From Sminthopsis crassicaudata (taxonomy: Eukaryota): a stretch of DNA of 64,000 bases. Numbering within the stretch: position 1 is the first letter of the stretch; each line of letters begins with the position of its first letter. Of the stretch, positions 26,621-35,100 are shown in pieces. The translations under genes and the position numbers were made by a program. Location of the stretch: NCBI RefSeq assembly GCF_048593235.1, contig NC_133617.1, forward strand, positions 70,020,937 to 70,084,936, written 5' to 3'. Below the pieces are notes generated by a model, which was not told the DNA's origin, searched no databases, and was given only the letters and a program-made list of their open reading frames with translations.

Positions 26621-28004
26621 TGGACCCACACTTAACACCACATTAGTAGAGAAGATCAAAATGGGTCCATGATTTAGGCATAAAGAATGAGATCATAAAT
26701 AAATTAGAGGAACATAGGATAGTTTACCTCTCAGACTTGTGGAAGAGGAAAGAATTTGTGACCAAAGGAGAACTAGAGATCATTATTGATCACAAAATAG
26801 AAAATTTTGATTACATCAAACTAAAATTTTTCTGTACAAACAAAACTAATGCAAACAAGATTAGAAGGGAAGTAACAAATTGGGAAAACATTTTTACAGT
26901 TAAAAGTTCTGATAAAGGCCTCATCTCCAAAATATATAGAGAATTGACTTTAATGTATAAGAAATCAAGCCATTCTCCAATTGATAAATGGTCAAAGGAT
27001 ATGAACAGACAATTTTCAGATGATGAAATTGAAACTATTTCCACTCATATGAAAGAGTGTTCCAAATCACTATTGATCAGAGAAATGCAAATTAAGACAA
27101 CTCTGAGATACCACTACACACCTGTCAGATTGGCTAAGATGACAGGAACAAATAATGATGAATGTTGGAGGGGCTGTGGGAAAACTGGGACACTGATGCA
27201 TTGTTGGTGGAGTTGTGAAAGAATCCAGCCATTCTGGAGAGCAATCTGGAATTATGCCCCAAAAGTTATCAAACTGTACATATCCGTTGACCCAGCAGTG
27301 CTACTCCTGGGCTTATATCCCAAGGAAATACTAAAGAAGGGAAAGGGACCTGTATGTGCCAAAATGTTTGTGGCAGCTCTTTTTGTAGTGGCTAGAAGCT
27401 GGAAGATGAATGGATGTCCATCAATTGGAGAATGGTTGGGTAAATTATGGTATATGAATGTTATGGAATATTATTGTTCTGTAAGAAATGACCAAACAGG
27501 AGGAATACAGAGAGGCTTGGAGAGACTTACATCAACTGATGCTGAGTGAAACGAGCAGAACCAGAAGATCATTATACACTTCAACAATGATACTGTACAA
27601 GGATGCATGCTGATGGAAGTGGATATCTTCAACATAGAGAAGATCTAATCCAATTCCAATTGATCAATGATGGACAGAATCATCTACATCCAGAGAAGGA
27701 ACACTGGGAAATGAGTGTAAACTGTTAGCATCTTTTGTTTTTCTCCCCAAGTTATTTATACCTTCCTAATCCAATTCTTCCTTTGCAACAACAACAAAAT
27801 TCGGTTCTGCACATATATATTGTACCTAGGATATACAATAACATATTTAATATGTATGGGAATGCCTGCCATCTAGAGAGACAGGGAAGGAGGGGAAAAA
27901 TTCGGGAAAGAAAGGAGTACAAGGGATAATGTAAAAAAATTACCTATGCATATGTACTGTCAAAAAAAGGTTATAATTATAAAATTAATTTTAAAAATTT
28001 TAAA
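26621..28004 (+). mobile_element. 5'-truncated young L1 (1.38 kb) inserted into L2
   Basis: 14-bp TSD AATAAATTTCAGTG at 26607-26620 and 28005-28018. ORF 26737-27549 encodes the L1 ORF2 C-terminus with the Cys-rich motif CWRGCGKTGTLMHCWWSC. A-rich tail present. Confidence 0.96.
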
Positions 28005-28253
28005 AATAAATTTCAGTGACTACCTGTTTTTCCCAGACTCAAATGTCAGTTCTCTTCTGGGAATTTAAAGCTCTTCCCACAGCTAAGTAAGGAAATTCTC
28101 CTTTTATTACATATAGGAGTGGCTTACAGTATAAGGCTCAAAAATCTTTTGCTCCAGTTAGATAACTTAATAAAAGTTTATATTAGTGCTTATAGTAAAA
28201 TTTTAGTCTACAGTCTATTTCATTAAAGAGCCTGAACAGTTTCACATATTTAT

Positions 28254-28593
28254 TTATTTTTATTAATTTTATAATTATAATTTTTGACAGTACATATTCA
28301 TGAGTAATTTTTTTTACAACATTATCCCTTGTATTCATTTTTCCAAATTTTCCCCTCCCTTCCTCTACTCCCTCCCCTAGATGACAGGTAATCCCATATA
28401 TATTAAATGTGTTACAGTATAACCTAAATACAATATATGTGTGTAAAACCAAATTTCTTGTTGCATGGTAAGAATTGGATTCCGAAGGTATAAGTAACAT
28501 GGGTAGAAAGACAATAGTGCAAACAGTTTACATTCAATTCCCAGTGTTCCTTCTCTGGGTGTAGCTGTTTCTGTCCATCATTGATCAACTGGA
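28254..28593 (-). mobile_element. 5'-truncated L1 3' UTR insertion (340 bp)
   Basis: 16-bp TSD AGTTTCACATATTTAT at 28238-28253 and 28594-28609. Sequence is the reverse complement of the same type of L1 3' UTR seen at ~27650-28000. Confidence 0.9.
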
Positions 28594-29139
28594 AGTTTCA
28601 CATATTTATATAGTAAAAGAGCACTTTGCTGACTTTACTACCTTTCCAATCTTCCAATCATTTTCACTCCCTTCCATACAGTTTATGGTTCAATCATACT
28701 GGCCTACTTATTGGTCCTCCTGTGAAACACCTCCCTCTCCTCATTGTGCTTTAACCCGGGTTGTCTCTTCCACTCCCCACCCCCTAACGGCTAATCTGTC
28801 TTCCACTCTCTACTTCTTCTCCACCTCTTGGAATCTCTAATTTCCTTTGTGATTCAGCTCAGGCACCACCAACTAAATGAAGCCTTTCCTGACTCCAGTT
28901 TCTACCGCCCTCCAGCCTCAAACTACCTTGCATTCTTTTTGTATATATTCTATTTATACTTATGTAACCAGGGACCAGCCAATGAGAGCCCAGTCATATG
29001 AGCATATAAACAGCAGGCTTTACCAGATGAAATACTTAGTGTGGACTATGGAGAATACACCAGAATTATGTGACTTTTTCTTGTATACTTTCTGATGAAA
29101 GGAAAGGGACTGCCTAGTGAGCTGGAAGAGAACTTGCAA

Positions 29140-29383
29140 AATTAAAGGGAAGGAGGAGGAAGGGAAGGAGGGAGAGAAAGATGGGGAAGAGAGAGGTGGA
29201 ATGAGGGAGAGAGAGAGAAAGGGATGGACAGAGGCAGAGAGACAGAGTAGAGGGGGGAAGGGAGGGTGAGAGAGAGGAGGGAGAGACATGGAAGGAGGGA
29301 AGGAGAGAGAGGAGATTAGGAAAGATGGGGAGAGAGAGAGAGAGAGAGAGGAGAGAGACAGAGACAGAGAGAGAGATACAGAC
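29140..29383 (+). repeat. GA-rich polypurine / microsatellite tract
   Basis: Almost pure A/G with (GA)n and GAGACA units, directly abutting the provirus. Confidence 0.9.
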
Positions 29384-29847
29384 TGTAACGAGCTGTCGTC
29401 TCTAGAAGCTGCCGGATCGCTCTCTGGGAAGAGATCTGCTGTGTCTACTCAAATCTTTAAGACAGATTCTTCTTCCTGTAGTGAACCGTTGTCTCCAGGC
29501 AGTTGCTGTTAACTCTTGTCCTTAGAAGTGACTTCCCTTCCTGCAGAGAGCCCCGTCAGGCCAGATGTAATGCAAAGTCTTCTTCTTGAATCCTGGCTCT
29601 GAATCTCCTCCAGCTCTTATCCTTCTCCAGGCCGATCTGCTCTCTGCGCCCAGTGCTGTCTCTTTTTATCCTCCCAGATAATGGGCATGGGATAATGCAA
29701 GGGCTTCTGGGAAAAACCACCCCAGCCAATGAGCTTGCCCCCTCTATCAAGTCAACCTGAGTTCTCACCTTGTAATTGTCCAGAAAACCTGAATTCTCAC
29801 CTTGTCACCATCCAGACAACCTGAGTTCTCACTTAGTAATCCTAACA
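29384..29847 (-). repeat. Proviral 3' LTR (464 bp)
   Basis: TG...CA termini; direct repeat of 32482-32947; adjacent to the PPT. Confidence 0.96.
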
Positions 29848-29860
29848 TCTCCCCCTTTCT
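29848..29860 (-). other. Polypurine tract (AGAAAGGGGGAGA)
   Basis: Purine run immediately upstream of the 3' LTR on the minus strand. Confidence 0.92.
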
Positions 29861-30179
29861 TTTGATTTAGAACATAGGACAGTCATGACCTTGAAACATA
29901 AATCCATCAATATGGGAAGTATTACAGATAATTACATAAATGACCTTGAAACATAAATCCATCAATATGGGAAGTATTACAGATAATTACATGAATTACA
30001 TAAGCACATAGTAACATAGTAACATAACACATGCTAGAAGTATATAACATAATCATAAATTGAAAATTTATAAATGTCCATAAGTCCATTGTCCATTAGT
30101 CTCATCTTGTGTGAGGAAGTCCAATGATTCCTGCTGGTTTTTAAAGTTCTTTAACAGTCTTCTTATTATCCATGCTCTT

Positions 30180-30390
30180 TCAGTGTCAGATGTTTCTTAG
30201 ATCTTCTCCTTTATTTTGAGATCTTTCTCTTTTTCTGTCTCTCTCTGATGGACAAGGCGAATATGACTCGTTGGCACCCATCTGATTCCTTCTCCTGCTG
30301 AAGAAATACAAGCAAACCCTCTCTCCCAGGCAGTTAACCTATCTAATTTCCTTCTATTTACCACTTTCTAAATCTCTTCTCATCATCTGA
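30180..30390 (-). pseudogene. Degenerate retroviral integrase C-terminal remnant
   Basis: Reads QMMRRDLESGK*K.. then, after a frame change, ..RLTAWERGFACISSAGEGIRWVPTSHIRLV.., resembling the betaretroviral IN tail (W.D...G.WKGPD...WGRG.AC......WVP...R). Contains an in-frame stop and a frameshift. Confidence 0.7.
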
Positions 30391-30393
30391 CAA

Positions 30394-32223
30394 TTACATT
30401 GGAGTTGTTTGCACTGGACACAGCCCTATTGGTTTAAAAGGCCTGTATTCTCCCCAAGTGTAATCCATTTTTGCAATCTGATTGCCTTTTGGCTCACTTA
30501 TCAGGTAATCCCTTTCTGCCATGTGATTGCTTTTCTGCTGGTTGATCACATCAGAGTCCTGACCTTCTAAAGGCTCTTTGGGTATAACATCAGCTGCCAT
30601 CATGCCCCAAGTCTTTTTTGCCTGGGGCCCTGGACCTGGACCCCTCATCCCATTTCCCTGAATTATTCTACACTCTGATGCCCAATGGAGTCCTCTGTTG
30701 CATTTTGGACATGGGGTTTTAGGTCTTCTTTCACCCTGTCTTCTCACTGTATCTCCATACCTACACTGAGCTCTTAGATGTCCAATTTTTCCACATTGAA
30801 AACATCGCCGAGTTTCTCTAGAAGTCCCTTGCCAGGAGGGACCCTGTCTTTCCACATTCATCATTGTCCGGGTGTAAAAAGCATTTGTTCCCACTGTAGC
30901 ACAGTGTCTTATGATCTCCTCTAAAGGAGCATCTTTGTCTAATCCCCATATAATTCTTTTGCAAATCTCATTGGTATTTTCCTTAGCCAGATGTCTGGTC
31001 ATTATTTCTGTAGCTGAATTTTCTCCAATAGTTCTTTTGACAGCAGTTTGCAGACGTCCCACAAAATCTGCAAAAGGTTCATTGGGACCTTGCTGTATTT
31101 TAGTGAAAGCCTCTCCACGATCTTTCTGTCCAGGAAGGACACCCCAAGCTTTTATTGCAGCCTTAGCAATTTGTTCATATATTGTCATGGTATAATCAGT
31201 CTGTTCTGAATTCTCTCCATACCGACCTTCACCAGCCAAGTGCTCAAAAGTGAATTGTGTGTTAACTCCTATTTCCAAATTGCATCTGACTTGAATTTTA
31301 CATAATTCATGAAATTCCGAAAGCCATAATAAATTTTCTCCAGGTTCCAGGCATATCCTTGCTATGGATTTCCAATCATTCGGGGTTAGGACTTCATAAG
31401 ACAAACCATCTAGTAACATTTTGACATAAGCTGATGTAGCCCCATAAAGGGTACAACCTTTTTTCAAATCCTTAATTTTATTCAAATCTAAAGGTGCATA
31501 TCTTCTCCTTTTTTTACCTACAGAGTCAGTATTTTCAATCACAGGATATGCATGTATAAAATCACTTATATCCTGTCCTTCTCTCTTAGCTTTAACCAAT
31601 GCTTTTTCTAATCTTGTCATAGGCTTAGGCTTCTTCACAGGCAATTCTGTTTGTGTTTCTGCCTCTTCCCCTCTTTCTTCCTCCATCTCTGAAGGTGGGG
31701 TTGATGTGGGCCTGTCAATAATCTGTTCTCTAGGCAGGGTTGAAGCTTCTTCAAGAGAATCATACCATAATTCCTCATTTAAATCCTCTTGCTCTAGGGA
31801 AAGATCTTGATCTTTCCTTTTTTCCTCACACTTCCTCCTCTGTTCATTTTTAGAACTTTTCCTTTTCCTACAACTTGCTTGATAGTTTAAGGCTAATTGA
31901 ACTATGTTGTAGATATAAAATACTTCTGCAGAAATTGAACGAGGCCCATTTTTTGCTTGAAATTCTTTCATTTCATATCCCACTAGCTTCCATTTATCTA
32001 CATCTATCTTTTCTTCCTCTAAGAACCAAGGGGATGTGCGTCTTAATGCAGCCAAGAGTTTAGCAATCTGTACCCAGGTTACAAGTAAACTCTGCTCCTC
32101 AATTATGTTGATTATACTCTCTATAGTACCACTCCTGAATGGGGGTGGAGCTGAGGTTGCTTCTGGGGCTGGGGATGAGTCGGCTGAAGTCCAGGGATTG
32201 AATATAGCTAACATCTGCCCCAT
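30394..32223 (-). CDS. gag: Retroviral Gag polyprotein (609 aa), betaretrovirus-like
   Basis: Uninterrupted ORF. N-terminal MGQ myristoylation signal, beta-type matrix motif (SPWF...D..KWKLVG), major homology region IQQGPNEPFADFVGRL, two CCHC knuckles CFQCGKIGHLRAQC and CPKCNRGLHWASEC. Confidence 0.95.
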   Translation of the reverse strand: MGQMLAIFNPWTSADSSPAPEATSAPPPFRSGTIESIINIIEEQSLLVTWVQIAKLLAALRRTSPWFLEEEKIDVDKWKLVGYEMKEFQAKNGPRSISAEVFYIYNIVQLALNYQASCRKRKSSKNEQRRKCEEKRKDQDLSLEQEDLNEELWYDSLEEASTLPREQIIDRPTSTPPSEMEEERGEEAETQTELPVKKPKPMTRLEKALVKAKREGQDISDFIHAYPVIENTDSVGKKRRRYAPLDLNKIKDLKKGCTLYGATSAYVKMLLDGLSYEVLTPNDWKSIARICLEPGENLLWLSEFHELCKIQVRCNLEIGVNTQFTFEHLAGEGRYGENSEQTDYTMTIYEQIAKAAIKAWGVLPGQKDRGEAFTKIQQGPNEPFADFVGRLQTAVKRTIGENSATEIMTRHLAKENTNEICKRIIWGLDKDAPLEEIIRHCATVGTNAFYTRTMMNVERQGPSWQGTSRETRRCFQCGKIGHLRAQCRYGDTVRRQGERRPKTPCPKCNRGLHWASECRIIQGNGMRGPGPGPQAKKTWGMMAADVIPKEPLEGQDSDVINQQKSNHMAERDYLISEPKGNQIAKMDYTWGEYRPFKPIGLCPVQTTPM

Positions 32224-32391
32224 TTCAGCTATAAGAGATTCCTGGTTTAGCCCTTAACAAGTTAAGTTCCTTATTTATCTATTAGCACGCTCACTTAATC
32301 TTTAACAAAGTTTCCTCGTTACTCATGGTTCTGGGTCAGAGAGACTGAGATCTAGATCGGAAGCTTTTCCACTGGAATCAGGACTGTGTCT

Positions 32392-32409
32392 GTCCCTGTT
32401 CGGGCGCCA
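32392..32409 (-). other. Second primer-binding site, tRNA-Lys3 type (TGGCGCCCGAACAGGGAC)
   Basis: Perfect 18/18 match to the known Lys3 PBS (as used by HIV-1 and MMTV). Confidence 0.95.
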
Positions 32410-32460
32410 AAATGCGAAGGTCTGGTCTAGCTCCTCTTGTCAGGATAAGCAAAAGTCCTT

Positions 32461-32478
32461 GCCCCACGTTGGGCGCCA
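32461..32478 (-). other. First primer-binding site, tRNA-Lys1,2 type (TGGCGCCCAACGTGGGGC)
   Basis: Perfect 18/18 match to the known Lys1,2 PBS (as used by MPMV/SRV), 3 nt from the end of the 5' LTR. Confidence 0.95.
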
Positions 32479-32481
32479 AAT

Positions 32482-32947
32482 TGTAGCGAGCTGTCGTCTC
32501 CAGAAGCTGCCAGATCGCTCTCTGGGAAGAGATCTGCTGTGTCTACTCAAATCTTTCAGACAGATTCTTCTTCCTGTAGTGAACCGTTGTCTCCAGGCAG
32601 TTGCTGTTAACTCTTGTCCTTAGAAGTGACTTCCCTTCCTGCAGAGAGCCCCGTCAGGCCTGATGTAATGCAGAGAGTCTTCTTCTTGAATCCTGGCTCT
32701 GAATCTCCTCCAGCTCTTATCCTTCTCCAGGCCGATCTGCTCTCTGCGCCCAGTGCTGTCTCTTTTTATCCTCCCAGAGAATGGGCGTGGGATAATGCAA
32801 GGGCTTCTGGGAAGAACCACCCCAGCCAATGAGCTTGCCCCCTCTATCAAGTCAACCTGAGTTCTCACCTTGTAATTGTCCAGAAAACCTGAATTCTCAC
32901 CTTGTCACCATCCAGACAACCTGAGTTCTCACTTAGTAATCCTAACA
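32482..32947 (-). repeat. Proviral 5' LTR (466 bp)
   Basis: Direct repeat of 29384-29847. CCAAT box, TATA-like GATAAAAA on -, and ~32-bp U3 repeats (AACCTGA[G/A]TTCTCAC x3). Confidence 0.96.
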
Positions 32948-32953
32948 ACAGAC

Positions 32954-33146
32954 NNNNNNNNNNNNNNNNNNNNNNNNNNNNNNNNNNNNNNNNNNNNNNN
33001 NNNNNNNNNNNNNNNNNNNNNNNNNNNNNNNNNNNNNNNNNNNNNNNNNNNNNNNNNNNNNNNNNNNNNNNNNNNNNNNNNNNNNNNNNNNNNNNNNNNN
33101 NNNNNNNNNNNNNNNNNNNNNNNNNNNNNNNNNNNNNNNNNNNNNN
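32954..33146. other. Assembly gap (193 N)
   Basis: Run of N immediately after the proviral TSD. Confidence 1.
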
Positions 33147-35100
33147 CCGGCTCTGGCCTAACTTTAGGAGACTAACATATTCTGAAAGAACTTCTATTTA
33201 AGACTGACAAACCCTTTTTAGTTTTTTTTTTGTTTTGTTTTGTTTTTTTGTTTTTTTTACAAAGCATTTTCCCTCTGTGCAGGGAATGCAATTATCTCCA
33301 TTTTACAGATAAGAAAAATAAGACTCAAAGACGATAGTGCAAAGTCCTGTGGATAGTGCCCTGGATTTCTTCCAGACGGTGCATTCTTGTTAGAGCAGGA
33401 GAAAATCTAAGATTCAGGACATAAATATCACTTGGCTGAGAAATATCCCAAGTTGGTCCCAAGTAGACAAGGATCCCAGACCTAAGAATCATCCACCAGA
33501 CCTTCACAGGCTGTGTCCAGGGGGCAGGATAGTAGTACCCAAGTGCCCAATCCCCAAAGAGGAAGAAGATTTCTGCTGAGCTTGAGGGAATAAGGGAGGG
33601 GGGAGCAAAAAGAAGTTTAGAACCCAAACGCCTTCCTCACTTCCCCAACTATTTCCTCTACACCTTGTAAGTTTTCCTCCCTCACCCATTTTTCCTGCCT
33701 CTGCTCACATCGTCCCTGCATTTGGAATAAAGTCAACTACCCCATGGACCTTCCCTGCAAAGCCTGCCTTGGAGGCCACCTCATTCAAGTAGTTGTCTAT
33801 TTCTCTTCAGGTGAAAATGATTTCTCCCACCTTGGATTTCTCTTTGCACTTGGCTTGACTCTCCTCTAACTCTATCCAGGCAGCCTGTCCACACTTCTCA
33901 ACTTACCTCCCACCAGCACTCTCAATTCAAGCTCTGAGTAATGCCTTATCTTGCTCAGAATCAAGGCCACCCTGCACTTCCTAGTCATTTCCAAATCATA
34001 GCTCTGTGGCTTACTCTCCCTTCCCTTTTTAGCTCTTCTTTATGGGTCATCTTCCCTCTTTAGAATATAAGTTCTCTAAGGGCAGGTGATGTTTTGCTTG
34101 TTTGTATTTATACATGCAGTGCTTAGCACAATAACCCAGCTCTGAAGAAGCCCTTTACTCTCTAGTTGTTTTCTCCTGCATTGAACTTAATTCTGTATTC
34201 TTCTTTTTAGATTTTTGACTTCTTTAAAGTAGAACCTAGGTCATTTTTTATCCTTGCATCCCCAGGGCTCAATACACCCATTTCAGACTCAGAATTAGAC
34301 AGGACCTTTAGCTCAAGTATACCTGCTCATGAATCTTCTTTACAGTCTGCCCAATAAATGATCATCTAGTCTCTACTAGACTTTCAATGACAGGGGGCTC
34401 ATTACCTCACAAGATTATCCTTTTTTCTTTTGGACTGCTCTGGATGACTGGGATGTTCTGGGGATATCTAGTTTAATTAATAGAAAGTTAAGAAATTAAT
34501 TTTTCTTCCTACTCAGTTTAAATCAGCCTCTCTTCAGTGTCTCTACCTATAGTTCCCAGTTCTGCCTTCTGTCCCCAGAACAACCCTTAAAATACTTGAA
34601 GATAGCTACTACATCCCTACTAAATCTCGTCTCTCAGGAACAGCCACAGAGCTGAGGGGGTTTATGAAACCCCCTAAAATAGATAAAACCAAATAGCTCT
34701 TCCTCCCCTGCCACCTCTCCTCAAGCCTTTACCCGATGGGCTGCTGTGGTTGAAATACCAGACTGGTGAGGCTGGGCCTTTTCCCGAGCATTCCTCCCAG
34801 CCCCAATTACGCAAGCTAAGTCCAGAGGGGGAAATCCATCCCTCTAACTCCCCCTCCCCCACTGGGGGGGGGGGGACACAGGCAGCCCAGCCCCCAGTCT
34901 CTTCCCCTAGACCGTCTCTAGGGGTTGGAGGCAGGGGGATGGCTGTGGGAGGTGGGGGATATTGATGGTGTTTGTACAGGCAGAGGGAAGGGGAACAGGA
35001 GGGGGAGCAGGAGGAGGAAGCCCGAGTGTGCTGACGGCTGGATTCAATTAGGAAGCCAAGTTACGCAGAAGCTAAGCAGAGACAGAGCTGGAGTCTGGCT

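Larger units (their letters stand above)
29384..32947 (-). mobile_element. Betaretrovirus-like (ERV2) provirus, internally deleted: LTR-PBS-PBS-gag-(IN remnant)-PPT-LTR
   Basis: Two near-identical LTRs (29384-29847 and 32482-32947), 6-bp TSD ACAGAC (29378-29383 and 32948-32953), tRNA-Lys PBSs, polypurine tract, intact gag. Confidence 0.97.

Noticed and set aside
30394-32223. Domesticated host gag gene
   Set aside because: It is still inside a young provirus with both LTRs and a TSD. An open ORF at ~2% LTR divergence is not by itself evidence of host selection.
32392-32478. tRNA genes
   Set aside because: Only the 18-nt complements of tRNA-Lys 3' ends (including CCA) are present. These are PBSs, not tRNA genes.
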